From assembly GCA_007121555.1 (NCBI GenBank), contig SKKH01000022.1, forward strand, positions 130 to 64,129: 64,000 nt of DNA. The letters run 5' to 3'. Source of the stretch: Gemmatimonadota bacterium (GTDB lineage Bacteria; Gemmatimonadota; Gemmatimonadetes; Longimicrobiales; Gaopeijiaceae). Made by a program: the position numbers and the translations under genes. The notes beneath the pieces are model-generated. The model saw only the letters and a program-made list of their open reading frames with translations. It had not been told where the DNA came from and searched no databases. Numbering within the stretch: position 1 is the first letter of the stretch; each line of letters opens with the position of its first letter. Shown here piece by piece: positions 9,424-22,005 of the stretch.

Positions 9424-11144
9424 ACCTCCGGTTGGCCTTCCGGGGAATCCCCCCGCTCATCACCCGATTCCGAGTTCTCTTCCCCCCGTCCGTCCCGATC
9501 CGGCTCGAGCTGGATACCCAGAACCGTGTCCCGGGCCTCCAGTCTCTCCACCTCACCCTCGGTGAGGAAGATGGCGATTTCCTCGGCCACGATATAGCTG
9601 ACGGCCCACAACGGGCCAGCAGAACCGGGACGGTCTCGTCGGTCGCCACCCGCGGTCCGATCCTCCTCCGGTGGAGAACGATACAGGGTCCGAGCGTTCC
9701 CCCTGGCCTCGAGCCGGACCAGACGGTACTGGGGTCGACGAGCCTCCTCGTCCCCCTCGGAGGGGGAGTCCGAGAGGGCGGTCTCGAGGTCGATCTCCGG
9801 GTCCGGTTCGTCGGCATCGGGGTCCTGGTCGGGGTCGTCCTCCGCTCCGGCGGCGATCTCGGAGGGCTCCATCACCGGCTCGAAGACCGCGAGGATCTCG
9901 TTGCCTTCGATCCAGTCCCGATCCATCTGGATCCTCGGCGGATCGGACCCATCCTCGTCGACCCCCTCGGCGTCCGGCTCCCGAGGAGGGTCGGCGCCGA
10001 GCTCCTCCAGTTGCTCCAGGATCTGGTCCGCGTCCGTCGGATCGAGTTCGTCCTCCGCCTCCACCGGAAGGGGAGCCTGCCCCCGGGTCAGCGTCTCTCC
10101 CCGGGCTCGCCCCACGGCATGGACCGTCTCCAGGATCTCGTCGGGCGATCGCACGTCGATGGAGTCGGCCTGCAGCGTGAAGTCCGCCGTCACGGCTCGG
10201 GGACGAGGGGGAGGATCCTCGTCCGATCCGTTCCGGTGCACGGCCACCAGACGTTGAAGTTTTTCATCCTCCAGAGTTACACGGATCTCCTCGCCCACCA
10301 GATCCAGGTCCTCGGTCACCAGCCGTCCTCGGCGGCGAATCGTCACCCGTTCCAGGACATCGTCGGGAATCGTGAGGTTGATCTGATCTCCTTCCATCTC
10401 AGCCTCGGCCAGAACCCGAGCATTTCCGTTCAGGAACAGTTGCCCGTTCCCCTGGTCGAAGGCCAATGAATCGGCGTAGGCCTCCAACTCCTCCCTGAAC
10501 ACCTCCACGTCCCCATCCGCCCAGAAGAAGCGCTCCCCTTCGAAGCGGAGCCGGTTTCCGATGACTCGGTAGGGGGCCGGTGCCCTGTCGGGCCCCACCC
10601 GGTCCGTGGGAGGCTCCAGGATCGCCTCGGGCCGCCCTCCGGTCACGGTGACCTGTTCCTCTGCACGCCGCTCCGTAACTCCCAGGTAGGTCAGAGTATC
10701 GCCCCGGACCTCGCTGCCTCGCTCGAGGTCGGTGAACACCACATCATCTCTGGCAAAGAGGCGCCCTTCCCTCTCGAAGTAGTCGGCCAACCGGGACTCC
10801 AGGAGTCGGGCCTCGGTCTCGAATCGAACCCCTCCGATGAGCTCCGCCCGCCGACTCTGTTCGTAGACCACGGCGGAATCGGAGCGGATGCGGGTTCCAT
10901 CGGGACAGACCAGGAACGGTTCGGCGAGCCAGGTCACTCGAAGCCCGGGGGCCGACTGGGTGGAACGTATCGAGGCGTATTCCCGGAGTTCACAGTCCGT
11001 CCCCAGGTCCTGAGCGCTGAGTTCCTGGGCTCCGGTCGCAAGCAGGAGCGTGAAAAGCCCGAGGATCAGTCCCAGGGCCTGCGGGATCCATGGGGACCCG
11101 GCGGTCCCGTACCAGAGGGCGTCCGAAGACGGAGCCGTCCTCAT
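9420..11144 (-). CDS. Extended LptA/OstA-family periplasmic protein (574 aa) with acidic low-complexity inserts
   Basis: Signal-peptide-like N-terminus and repeated OstA-like beta-rich segments. Sits between the lptC-like gene and lptB. Start ATG overlaps the upstream stop as ATGA. Confidence 0.55.
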   Translation of the reverse strand: MRTAPSSDALWYGTAGSPWIPQALGLILGLFTLLLATGAQELSAQDLGTDCELREYASIRSTQSAPGLRVTWLAEPFLVCPDGTRIRSDSAVVYEQSRRAELIGGVRFETEARLLESRLADYFEREGRLFARDDVVFTDLERGSEVRGDTLTYLGVTERRAEEQVTVTGGRPEAILEPPTDRVGPDRAPAPYRVIGNRLRFEGERFFWADGDVEVFREELEAYADSLAFDQGNGQLFLNGNARVLAEAEMEGDQINLTIPDDVLERVTIRRRGRLVTEDLDLVGEEIRVTLEDEKLQRLVAVHRNGSDEDPPPRPRAVTADFTLQADSIDVRSPDEILETVHAVGRARGETLTRGQAPLPVEAEDELDPTDADQILEQLEELGADPPREPDAEGVDEDGSDPPRIQMDRDWIEGNEILAVFEPVMEPSEIAAGAEDDPDQDPDADEPDPEIDLETALSDSPSEGDEEARRPQYRLVRLEARGNARTLYRSPPEEDRTAGGDRRDRPGSAGPLWAVSYIVAEEIAIFLTEGEVERLEARDTVLGIQLEPDRDGRGEENSESGDERGDSPEGQPEV

Positions 11145-11668
11145 CGGGGCCTCCCGCGGGCTTCGAAGTTCCGGAAGTCGATGTCCGAGGTGAAGGACGC
11201 GCCGGTGAGCCTTTGCCCCGGAACATCCATCACGAACGACGAATCACTCCAGATCTGGCCGCCCTGCGGGTCGTAGTGAAGCTCCTCGGTCCGAATCGTC
11301 CGACCCTCTCCGGGAATCACCACGACCACGTTTCCCTGGGCGATCATCCGGTCCGTGCTCTGGTCCAACCGACCCCGATCCGAAGTCACCCGGGCTCGCT
11401 CGGTGCCGTCCTCATGGAAGACGACGAGCTCCAACCTGCGCAGTGCGGCCGACGCAGAGTCGTTCCATTGGAAGGCCGTATCGTAGACGAGGTGGGCCTC
11501 CACGGTACCGTCCTGACTCACGAACTGCTCTCCTCCCACGACAATGAAGTCGGCGTCCATGGCAGCCAGCTCCGGTGAGACGGTGGCCACGTCCCGCTCC
11601 TCCTCACAGGCCACCACCGCCAACAAGGCTCCGAGAAAGATCCACAACACCATGATGCGGTATGTCAT
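11141..11668 (-). CDS. LptC-like small periplasmic/lipoprotein
   Basis: MTYRIMVLWIFLGALLAVVAC, with a lipobox-like VVAC, then a beta-rich domain of about 150 aa. Position is between kdsD and lptA. The ATG at 11668 overlaps the kdsD stop as ATGA; the longer track ORF is an arginine/glycine-rich artefact. Confidence 0.5.
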   Translation of the reverse strand: MTYRIMVLWIFLGALLAVVACEEERDVATVSPELAAMDADFIVVGGEQFVSQDGTVEAHLVYDTAFQWNDSASAALRRLELVVFHEDGTERARVTSDRGRLDQSTDRMIAQGNVVVVIPGEGRTIRTEELHYDPQGGQIWSDSSFVMDVPGQRLTGASFTSDIDFRNFEARGRPR

Positions 11669-12690
11669 ACGACCCCTGACCTGAGAAGGTCGTGGAGGTG
11701 CACGACGCCCATGAGCCGCTCCCCTTCGTCCACCACCGGGAGCGCCATGATTCCGTGCTCCTCCATGACCCGAACCACCGCGCCGGCCAGCTGACCGGCC
11801 GAGGTCACCCGGGGGGCCTTCGTCATGACCTCCTCCACCGGCACGTCCAGAAACTCCTCGTTCCGCTCCATGAGCCGGGTCAGGTCGCCTGCGGTCACCA
11901 CCCCCACCACCCGGCCCTCGGAATCGGTGATGGGAACGGTGCCCCGCATGTGGGCCAGGGGCACGATGCAGTCCCGCATACACGCGTCCCGGTGAACCTC
12001 CGGATACCCTTCGCCGACCATGAGGTCGTGCACCCGCAGGGTGAGCTTCCGACCCAACGCACCTCCAGGGTGGAAGCGGGCGAAGTCCTCGGACCGGAAT
12101 CCCTTCCGCTGAAGGAGAACCATGGCCAGCGCATCCCCCATCGCCAGCGCCGCGGTCGTGGAGGAGGTGGGGGCCAGATCCAGGGGACATGCCTCCTGGG
12201 ATACCGCGCAGTCCAGGACCACCCGGGCGTGGCGGGCCAGAGGGGAGTCCAACCTGCCCGTGAGCGCGATGACGGGAACCCCGAGGCGGGCCAGATACTC
12301 CATCAGGCCGGCCAACTCCGAGGTGGCGCCGCTCTTCGAGATAAAGATCCCCACATCCTCGCGCGACACGATCCCCAGGTCACCGTGGAGGCCGTCCACC
12401 GGATGGAGGAAGGTCGCCGGAGTCCCGGTCGATGTGAGGGTGGCCGCGACCTTTCGGGCCACGATTCCACTCTTCCCCACCCCGGTTACGATGATTCGAC
12501 CCCGAGTCCGGTGGAGGAGCTCCACCGCCTCGATGAAGTCGTGGGAGAGGCGATCGGCGAGAGCGGCCACGGCGCCGGCCTCCGAATGGAGCACACGGCG
12601 ACCCTCGGAGAGCAGCGCCTCCGACGTGGGTCGTCGCTCTCCCTCGGGCCCAGCCCCGGGGGACCGCTCAGTCGCCGCTTCGTGCCGCAC
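11665..12690 (-). CDS. kdsD: Arabinose-5-phosphate isomerase (SIS domain plus CBS pair)
   Basis: GRIIVTGVGKSGIVARKVAATLTSTGTPATFLHP SIS motif, with tandem CBS at the C-terminus. GTG start. Confidence 0.85.
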   Translation of the reverse strand: MRHEAATERSPGAGPEGERRPTSEALLSEGRRVLHSEAGAVAALADRLSHDFIEAVELLHRTRGRIIVTGVGKSGIVARKVAATLTSTGTPATFLHPVDGLHGDLGIVSREDVGIFISKSGATSELAGLMEYLARLGVPVIALTGRLDSPLARHARVVLDCAVSQEACPLDLAPTSSTTAALAMGDALAMVLLQRKGFRSEDFARFHPGGALGRKLTLRVHDLMVGEGYPEVHRDACMRDCIVPLAHMRGTVPITDSEGRVVGVVTAGDLTRLMERNEEFLDVPVEEVMTKAPRVTSAGQLAGAVVRVMEEHGIMALPVVDEGERLMGVVHLHDLLRSGVV

Positions 12691-13288
12691 AGTAGGCCTC
12701 CACCAGTTCGTCCCACTCTCCTCGGGCTTCCAGGAGCACCCGAGCGAATTCCCGGACCGCGCCCTTCCCCCCGTCCCGCCGGGTCGTGAAGCGGGCCACC
12801 TTCCGGACCTCGTGGACCGCGTTCCCTACAGCTGCGGGCAGTCCCACGCGCCGTAGCACCGGAAGATCCGGAAGGTCGTCGCCCAACATGGCGACCTCGT
12901 CCCAGTCCACTCCCGTTCGGGTCATCAGCGCCTTCATGGCCGGAATCTTCAGTCCACCTGATTCCTGTATACACTCCTCGAGGCCAAGCTCTTCGGCCCG
13001 GATGCTGGTGGCCCGAGAGGGACGCCCCGAGAGGAAGGCCACGGAGAGCCCGGCGTCCCGCATCAGGTGGATGCCCAGACCGTCCTGGATGTCGAAGCGC
13101 TTCATCTCCACCGGGACCCCGTCCGCCGTCTCGCCCACGTAGACTCCCGCATCGGTGAGCACGCCGTCCACATCCAGAACCACTAGTCGGATCCGGAGGG
13201 CCAGGACCCGGGGGATGCGCTCGCCTCCCAGGCTTCGTTCGTTGTCCACCGGAGCTTCCACCGGGGTCCGTCGTCGCCCCCCGATCAT
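12668..13288 (-). CDS. kdsC: 3-deoxy-D-manno-octulosonate 8-phosphate phosphatase
   Basis: HAD motif LVVLDVDGVLTD, and GDDLPDLPVL. The ATG at 13288 overlaps the kdsA stop as ATGA. Confidence 0.8.
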   Translation of the reverse strand: MIGGRRRTPVEAPVDNERSLGGERIPRVLALRIRLVVLDVDGVLTDAGVYVGETADGVPVEMKRFDIQDGLGIHLMRDAGLSVAFLSGRPSRATSIRAEELGLEECIQESGGLKIPAMKALMTRTGVDWDEVAMLGDDLPDLPVLRRVGLPAAVGNAVHEVRKVARFTTRRDGGKGAVREFARVLLEARGEWDELVEAYCAARSGD

Positions 13289-14076
13289 GGGGCCAGGGCC
13301 TCGCGAACCCGCTTCACCCTGGTGATGAGTTCGGCCAATCGCTCCAGGGGGAGCATGTTGGAGCCATCCGAAGGCGCCCCCCTCGGATCGGGATGGGTCT
13401 CCAGGAAGAGGTGGTCGCAGCCCGCGGCCACCGCGCCGAGAACCAGGTCGGGAATGTGTTCTGGATCTCCCCCACTCGACCCGTCGGCTCGCCCCGGTCG
13501 CTGGACCGAGTGGGTCCCATCGAAGACGACGGGCACCCGGGCGGCGCTTCGGATGCGTCGGAAGGACCGCATGTCCACCACCAGGTTTCCATAGCCGAAG
13601 AAGGTACCCCGCTCCGTCACGGTGAGGGTCTCCGCGCCGCCGACCCGAGCCTTCTCCACCACCGCCGCCATCTCCTCGGGGGCCATCCACTGCCCCTTCT
13701 TCACATTCACCGGGCACCCCGTTTCGGCGGCGGCCATGACCAGATCGGTCTGTCGACAGAGGAAGGCGGGGATCTGCAGGACATCCACCACCTGGGATGC
13801 CGCTGCCGCCTGGGAAGGCTCGTGCACATCGGTGAGGAGGGGCAGCCCGGTGGCGGCCCCGACCCGCTCGAGTCTCCGGAGTCCCTCCTCGAGACCCGGT
13901 CCTCGGGGCGAGTCCACCTTCGAGCGATTGGCCTTGTCGAAGGAGGCCTTGAAGATGATGGGGAGGTCCTGCTTCAGGGCCAGTCCCGCCAGAAACTCAC
14001 CGATCTCGAGGTTCAGATCGTCGTCCTCCAGAACGCACGGACCGGCGATCAGGGAGAACTTCGCCAGAAGGGCCAC
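13285..14076 (-). CDS. kdsA: 2-dehydro-3-deoxyphosphooctonate aldolase (Kdo8P synthase)
   Basis: LIAGPCVLE, FKASFDKANRS, QIPAFLCRQTDL, DGTHSVQ motifs. A GTG at 14076 is preceded by GGAGG and lies 2 nt after the pyrG stop. Confidence 0.85.
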   Translation of the reverse strand: MALLAKFSLIAGPCVLEDDDLNLEIGEFLAGLALKQDLPIIFKASFDKANRSKVDSPRGPGLEEGLRRLERVGAATGLPLLTDVHEPSQAAAASQVVDVLQIPAFLCRQTDLVMAAAETGCPVNVKKGQWMAPEEMAAVVEKARVGGAETLTVTERGTFFGYGNLVVDMRSFRRIRSAARVPVVFDGTHSVQRPGRADGSSGGDPEHIPDLVLGAVAAGCDHLFLETHPDPRGAPSDGSNMLPLERLAELITRVKRVREALAP

Positions 14077-14078
14077 CG

Positions 14079-16537
<2,459 letters not shown>

Positions 16538-16626
16538 CGATCTTCCCCTGATTGGGGCGCCGGATACTTTGTAGCAATTTTCACGCCAGAACAATACTCG
16601 GCTGGGCCATACGAATCAAGTGAGAA

Positions 16627-16668
16627 GACGGCCCCGCGCCGACTGTCGCGCGGTCGGTATTCTCACCT
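16627..16668 (-). terminator. Structured GC hairpin downstream of the amidotransferase gene (possible terminator)
   Basis: Outer arms GTGAGAA / TTCTCAC enclose an inner CCGCGC / GCGCGG stem. On the minus strand it is followed by TTGATTCGTATGG, only moderately T-rich. Confidence 0.3.
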
Positions 16669-16715
16669 CCGGACCAGGAATGCCTTGCCTGGCGTGGGGT
16701 GGGGGGACGTCCGCC

Positions 16716-17294
16716 TCAGACCGCGTGCAGGAAGTTCTGGAGAAGCCGGTGGCCGTCCTGCGAGAAGAGGGATTCCGGGTGAAACTGGACTCCCCAGACC
16801 GGCCGCTCCAGATGGCGGACCGCCTGGATTTCCTCTCGACCGTCCTCTTCGGTCGACCAGGCCACGGGTTCCAGCGAAGGGGGGAGGGCGGCCGGATCCG
16901 TCACCAGCGAATGGTACCGGGTGACCTCCAGAGGGGACGGAAGGCCAGAGAAAAGCCCGCGCCCAGTGTGCCGCACCGGTCCGGTCTTCCCGTGCATGAC
17001 CCGTCCCGCCCGAATGGTCCGGCCCCCGAAGGCCTCTCCGATGGCCTGATGCCCGAGACACACTCCCAGGATGGGGACGGCGGGGTCCAGCTCCCGGATC
17101 AGTTCGACGCTGATCCCGGCCTCCGTCGGTGTACAGGGGCCGGGAGAGATCACCACCCGCGAGGGGCGTCGCTCCACCACCTGGGCCACGGTGAGTTCGT
17201 CGTTGCGGAACACCACGGGGTCCGCGCCCAGCTCACCCAGGAACTGGACGAGATTCCAGGTGAAGGAATCATAGTTGTCGAGCACGAGTAGCAC
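16716..17294 (-). CDS. Class I glutamine amidotransferase, anthranilate / aminodeoxychorismate synthase component II (TrpG/PabA)
   Basis: MLLVLDNYDSFTWNLVQFL, GVCLGHQ, and FHPES motifs. Confidence 0.85.
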   Translation of the reverse strand: MLLVLDNYDSFTWNLVQFLGELGADPVVFRNDELTVAQVVERRPSRVVISPGPCTPTEAGISVELIRELDPAVPILGVCLGHQAIGEAFGGRTIRAGRVMHGKTGPVRHTGRGLFSGLPSPLEVTRYHSLVTDPAALPPSLEPVAWSTEEDGREEIQAVRHLERPVWGVQFHPESLFSQDGHRLLQNFLHAV

Positions 17295-17370
17295 AGCGTC
17301 AAACCTCCGCCGGCCTGTAGGGCCGGCTCAAGTACACAGAGGGGTCCCGTGGAGCTGAGAAGGTCTGCAC

Positions 17371-19167
17371 TCAGAGATCCACGGGCCGAAGGTAGAACTC
17401 CCCGATAGCCGTCGACGAAATCATGGCGATGGTGGGCTGCTCCCGTTTCCAGTGGGTCCCCTCCAACCTGGACGAGACCAGCGACACCTCCTGCTCCGGA
17501 AAACCGGCGGCGACCAGGCGAGCGGGCGCCAGCCCCCGGAGGAGCCAGAATAGGATGCGGTCGGCCAGCTCATACCCCACCCCGAGTTCGTCCTCGTCGT
17601 CGACCCCCTCCACCAGATCGGCGCTGGGTGGCTTGGTCACCACAACCTCCGGTACCCCCAGGTGACGCGCCAGGGCCCAGACCTGGGTCTTGAACAGGTC
17701 CCCAAGGGGATTGATGGGTGGGGAGTCATCCGCGTGCCAGGTGTAATAGCCGAGGAGCCTCTCGCTCTTGTTGCCTGTACCCAGGGGCAGGACTCCCAGG
17801 CGAGCGGACTGGTCCCAGAGGATAAGCGACCGGAATCGGGCGGCCACGTTTCCACGCCGCAGATCGGACATGTCGGGCTCGTCGTTCTCCACGTAGGCGT
17901 CCACCGGGGCCGAAATCGGGGTCGTCCGCACCTCGATCCCGAAGGTCTCGCCCACGAGTCGTCCGTGCTCCAGGCTCTCGGGGCTCGACGTGGCGTAGGG
18001 AAGTAGGAGGCCGTGGACGTTGGCCGCACCGAAAGCCTGCACGGCCAATGCGGCGGCCACGGCCGAGTCCACTCCGCCCGAAAGTCCCACCACCACCCCT
18101 TCGAAGCCCCGACGCCGCTGCACCTCGTCGACCAGAAACCCGACCAGAGCCCGTTCCACGAGGGCCAGGTCCAGCTCCAGAACACTCCCATCTTCGGGGT
18201 CCGGACCCACGGGCCCCGGCGTCACGGACCGTGCCGTAGCCCTGGCGGGGGCCGACGAGTCGTCGGACATCCTCTGCCGACTCGCTCGCGCCGTGGATTC
18301 CACCTCCGCTCCCCCCTCCCCCTCTCGAGGATCCAGACCCCGGACAAGGTGGGGAAGCATGATCCGGAGATCGCTCAGCCCCGAAACACGAGTTCTCGCC
18401 CGGAGCGACGCGTCGGGATCCAGGTGAAAGTCGACCCGAGCCTCTTCGAAGAGAGGCCCTCGTCCCAGGATGCGGCCGTCGGGGTCGTACCCCACACTTC
18501 CCCCGGGGAAGATCTTGCCACCCTCACTGCCCACCAGGTGACAGACCAGAAGGTGGGCTCCGTGCTCCATGGCGATGGCGCGGCCTACCACATCCCACCG
18601 TTCCAGGCTTCCAGGGAGGCCTGACTCGGCATGGAAATCCCGAGCGGGAGAGGCGGCCAGACAGACCAGGAGGTCGGCCCCGTCCAGCGCCAGCAGCGTG
18701 GGGACGAGGGAGTGGTGCATGTCCTCGCAGACGAGAAGCCCGACCCGACCCCAGCGGGTGTCGAACGCTCGAGCTTCAAGGCCCGGAGAGACGAATCGCG
18801 CTTCATCGAAGACCCCATAGGTGGGGAGGAACAGCTTGCGATGCACGTGAACCACCTCCCAGTGCTCCTCGCCCGGCGTCAGGTACACGGCCATGTTGTG
18901 CGCCCCCGCCCTTCCTCGCTCGTACGCACCCAGCACCAGATCCGGGGCATCGAGCGGGGGAGACCCAAGCCGCTGAACCACCTCTGCGGGGCTCACCGAG
19001 AGTTCCGGCACGGCACCCTCCAGGAAGTAGCCCGTCAGCGCCGTCTCGGGAAAGACGAGGAGGTCGACCCCTTCGAGGACCGACGACTCCACGATCTGGC
19101 GAACGCGTTCGAGATTCTCAGCGAGCTGACCCTTGCGAGGTCGGAACTGGGCGAGGGAGACGTGCAT
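17371..19167 (-). CDS. nadE: Glutamine-dependent NAD+ synthetase (CN-hydrolase plus NAD synthase domains)
   Basis: N-terminal nitrilase-like domain (FPETALTGY, CEDMHH) and C-terminal SGGVDS P-loop domain. Confidence 0.9.
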   Translation of the reverse strand: MHVSLAQFRPRKGQLAENLERVRQIVESSVLEGVDLLVFPETALTGYFLEGAVPELSVSPAEVVQRLGSPPLDAPDLVLGAYERGRAGAHNMAVYLTPGEEHWEVVHVHRKLFLPTYGVFDEARFVSPGLEARAFDTRWGRVGLLVCEDMHHSLVPTLLALDGADLLVCLAASPARDFHAESGLPGSLERWDVVGRAIAMEHGAHLLVCHLVGSEGGKIFPGGSVGYDPDGRILGRGPLFEEARVDFHLDPDASLRARTRVSGLSDLRIMLPHLVRGLDPREGEGGAEVESTARASRQRMSDDSSAPARATARSVTPGPVGPDPEDGSVLELDLALVERALVGFLVDEVQRRRGFEGVVVGLSGGVDSAVAAALAVQAFGAANVHGLLLPYATSSPESLEHGRLVGETFGIEVRTTPISAPVDAYVENDEPDMSDLRRGNVAARFRSLILWDQSARLGVLPLGTGNKSERLLGYYTWHADDSPPINPLGDLFKTQVWALARHLGVPEVVVTKPPSADLVEGVDDEDELGVGYELADRILFWLLRGLAPARLVAAGFPEQEVSLVSSRLEGTHWKREQPTIAMISSTAIGEFYLRPVDL

Positions 19168-19389
19168 GGGAGGTCACTCCATCCTGCCGTTCGAAACGAG
19201 TTGGAGCCCCGTGAGTCCGCCGAGGGAAAGGAGGGGGCTGCATTTGGAAGCATCAGAAGATAACATGAAGGGATCCGGTCGCACGGGCGACGAGGGAACG
19301 CCCTTCACGACCAGGGTTAAGAGAACCCATCCGTTCCTGGGGGGACTTCGGTTTCCCAGCCTGGTCCCGCCCGGGGCCTTCGATCCAGC

Positions 19390-21045
19390 ATGAGACTTCG
19401 AATGCCACGCTTCCTTTTCGCGCTCCTCGTCCTGGCCTTCCTCCTTCCGGTAGCTCCTGATCTCCAGGCGCAGCAAGGACAGAGGGGCGGTACGTCTCTC
19501 CCCTCGCTGGGCCAGGAGGACCGGGACAGCATGGATGTCGAGGCCCAGGTCTTCCTGGGGACCCTCCAGGCCATCCGGGACTTCGCTCTGACCTCGGAGC
19601 CTGACTCTGCACTCTGGGAAAAGGCGATCCGGGGCCTCATCCGGGAGCTGGACGACCCCTACGCCGACGTCCTGACCCCGGACCAGGTCCGGGCCTTCGA
19701 GGAGGAGAGCACCGGAAACTATGCGGGGATCGGGGTTCAGATCACCGAACTCAACGAGATGGTCACCATCACCGCCGTGTTCCGGAACACTCCCGCCGAC
19801 CAGGAGGGCCTGATGGTGGGAGATCGGATCGTGGAGGTGGACGGAGAGGATGCGAGGGACTGGAGCGTGAGCCAGGCCTCGAACAGGATCCGGGGCGAGA
19901 TCGGCTCCACCGTCGAGGTGAAGGTGGAGCGAGACGGAATCGGTCAGCCCATTCCCCTCCAGATCCGGAGGGACCAGGTCCACATTCCCGCAGTGACCTC
20001 CGAGAGAATCTTCGATGACGTCGGGTACATCCTTCTGGACCGTGTGGCCCGGGAGTCGGCCGCGGAGGTCGATTCGGTCCTCACCGAACTCGAAGGCTCC
20101 CGGGGACTCATCCTGGATCTCCGACGCAATCCAGGAGGGTATCTGGACGAATCCCTGAACCTGGCCGATCTCTTCCTGGACCGGGGCTCGACCCTGGTCA
20201 CCACCCGCTCTCGCACGCCCGGCGGGAATGGAGCCGTGCGCGAGGAGTCGGCCTACGCCCGCCGGGCCGCGCGGTCACCGGACGTTCCCCTCGTCATCCT
20301 GGTGGATCGCTTCTCGGCCTCCGCCTCCGAGATCGTGGCCGGTGCTCTTCAGGATCATGACCGCGCCCTGGTCATCGGCGAGCGGACCTTCGGAAAGGGC
20401 AGCGTGCAGAGCGTCGTGCCCCTCCCGGCCGACCACATGATCCGGATCACCAGCGGGGAATGGTACACGCCCCTGGGACGATCCCTGAATCGCCCACGGG
20501 ACCGGGACGGGCGGGTCATCGAGCCCGACTCCATTCCGCGATTCACCTCAGAAGGTGGACGGACGATCTGGGGTGGCGGCGGGGTCTATCCCGATCTCGT
20601 GATCACGAGCGACACCCTCTCCACCGAGGAGCAGGACCTTCTGAACGCCGCCGTGGACGCCGGATTTCCGCTGACCCAGCGGATCCAGGAGGCCGCCTTC
20701 GAAGTCGCCCAGGCCACCCGGGACGGCGACGACATCCCGGACAGCTTCCCCACGGAGAAACTCGAGGCCTTCATCTCCGGTCTCCTCGAAGACGGTCTAT
20801 CTCCCGATGTACTTACCGATGCGGGCCGGGAGTACCTGGTCTGGCAGCTGGAGCGGGCCCTTTATCAGAGGCTCGACCTCATCGACCGTTCCCTGCAGGT
20901 CCAATCGCGCCGAGACCCGGTGCTGGCCAAGGCCGTCGAGCTCCTGAGCCAGGCGACCTCTCAGGCCCAGCTCTTCAGCCTGGTGCCGGAATCCGAGCGG
21001 CCGGAGATCGAATCCAGGACCCAGGCCAGCCGAACCGGGGGCTGA
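19390..21045 (+). CDS. ctpA: S41 carboxy-terminal processing peptidase with PDZ domain
   Basis: Signal peptide, a PDZ segment (GIGVQITELNEMVTITAVFRNTPADQEGLMVGDRIVEVDG), the catalytic region LRRNPGGYL, and SASASEIVAGALQD ... GERTFGKGSVQ. Confidence 0.85.
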   Translation: MRLRMPRFLFALLVLAFLLPVAPDLQAQQGQRGGTSLPSLGQEDRDSMDVEAQVFLGTLQAIRDFALTSEPDSALWEKAIRGLIRELDDPYADVLTPDQVRAFEEESTGNYAGIGVQITELNEMVTITAVFRNTPADQEGLMVGDRIVEVDGEDARDWSVSQASNRIRGEIGSTVEVKVERDGIGQPIPLQIRRDQVHIPAVTSERIFDDVGYILLDRVARESAAEVDSVLTELEGSRGLILDLRRNPGGYLDESLNLADLFLDRGSTLVTTRSRTPGGNGAVREESAYARRAARSPDVPLVILVDRFSASASEIVAGALQDHDRALVIGERTFGKGSVQSVVPLPADHMIRITSGEWYTPLGRSLNRPRDRDGRVIEPDSIPRFTSEGGRTIWGGGGVYPDLVITSDTLSTEEQDLLNAAVDAGFPLTQRIQEAAFEVAQATRDGDDIPDSFPTEKLEAFISGLLEDGLSPDVLTDAGREYLVWQLERALYQRLDLIDRSLQVQSRRDPVLAKAVELLSQATSQAQLFSLVPESERPEIESRTQASRTGG

Positions 21046-21085
21046 TCCGACGGTTGGAACGTTGCCAAGAGCGCTCCGCCGGAGC

Positions 21086-22000
21086 TCACTTTCGGGGGTG
21101 GAAGCGGCGGTGAACGTCGCGCAGGTAATCGCGATCCAGATGCGTGTAGATCTGCGTCGTGGAGATGTCGACGTGCCCCAGAAGTTCCTGTACCGCCAGG
21201 AGGTCGGCACCGCCCTCCAGGAGATGGGTGGCGAAGGTGTGCCGGAGGGTGTGGGGTGAGACCCGTCGGTTGATGCCCGCATCGGCGGCTGCGTCCCGCA
21301 CCACGGTCCAGACCGTCATCCGGGTCAGGGGACGTCCCTGGAGATTCAGGAAGAGGACCCCCGAACTCTCCCCACCCTCCAACTCGGATCTCAGGTGGGA
21401 CAGGTACCGGCGAAGGGCCTCCGCCGCAGGAGCACCAAAGGGGATCCATCTCTGACGGCTCCCCTTCCCGGTGACCCGGACCATCCTCTCGTCGAGTTCG
21501 AGATCGGTCACACGAATGCCAGTGAGCTCGGACACCCGCACGCCTGTGGCATAGAGGAGCTCGAGGATGGCCCGGTCGCGCCAGTGGGAGAGGCGGTCCG
21601 GTGACGGGGCGGCCAGGAGGGCCTCCACCTCCTCGGCCGAAAGCACGCTGGGCAGGCGGCGCCACCCACGGGGCGACTCCAGCCGCTCCGTGGGATCCAC
21701 CTCCAGGACCCCTTCCTCGAGGAGGAAGGTGAAGTAGGTCCGGGTAGAGGACAGGGCTCGCCGGATGGACGAAGGAGCTCGACCCAGGTCCTTCAGATGG
21801 AAGAGGTACTCCCGGAGGTCCTCGTGGGAGACGAATTCCGGCGACTCTGCGCGGCGGGTCCGCAGAAACTCCACCAGACGCTCCAGGTCACCCAGGTACG
21901 CCTCCGCCGTTCGCTCGGCCAACCCTCGTTCCAGGAGGAGGTAGTCGCGGAAGGGCTCCAGCAGGAAGCGTCCGGTGGGATCCACCGCCGGGCCGCTCAC
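21086..22000 (-). CDS. XerC/XerD-type tyrosine recombinase
   Basis: ELLYATGVRVSELTGI, and HTLRHTFATHLLEGGADLLAVQELLGHVDISTTQIYTHL with the catalytic RHRY tyrosine. Start uncertain: in-frame GTG at 22000 or 21985, just after the ispF stop. Confidence 0.85.
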   Translation of the reverse strand: MSGPAVDPTGRFLLEPFRDYLLLERGLAERTAEAYLGDLERLVEFLRTRRAESPEFVSHEDLREYLFHLKDLGRAPSSIRRALSSTRTYFTFLLEEGVLEVDPTERLESPRGWRRLPSVLSAEEVEALLAAPSPDRLSHWRDRAILELLYATGVRVSELTGIRVTDLELDERMVRVTGKGSRQRWIPFGAPAAEALRRYLSHLRSELEGGESSGVLFLNLQGRPLTRMTVWTVVRDAAADAGINRRVSPHTLRHTFATHLLEGGADLLAVQELLGHVDISTTQIYTHLDRDYLRDVHRRFHPRK

Positions 22001-22005
22001 GCTGC

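Noticed and set aside
11141-12190. Long N-terminal extensions given by the ORF track for the lptC-like gene, kdsC (12668-13717), kdsA, pyrG, nuoE (53987-55339), nuoD (54664-56304), nuoB, sucC, fabD, fabG and ispF.
   Set aside because: The extensions overlap the preceding real gene and read as R/G/P-rich nonsense. In each case an internal ATG or GTG sits exactly at an ATGA or GTGA junction, or matches the family N-terminus. The shorter coordinates were used.
21086-22000. Tyrosine recombinase as a marker of an integrated mobile element.
   Set aside because: The sequence looks like housekeeping XerC/XerD. It is embedded in the fab-ispF string, with no tRNA, flanking direct repeats, or cargo or phage genes on either side.
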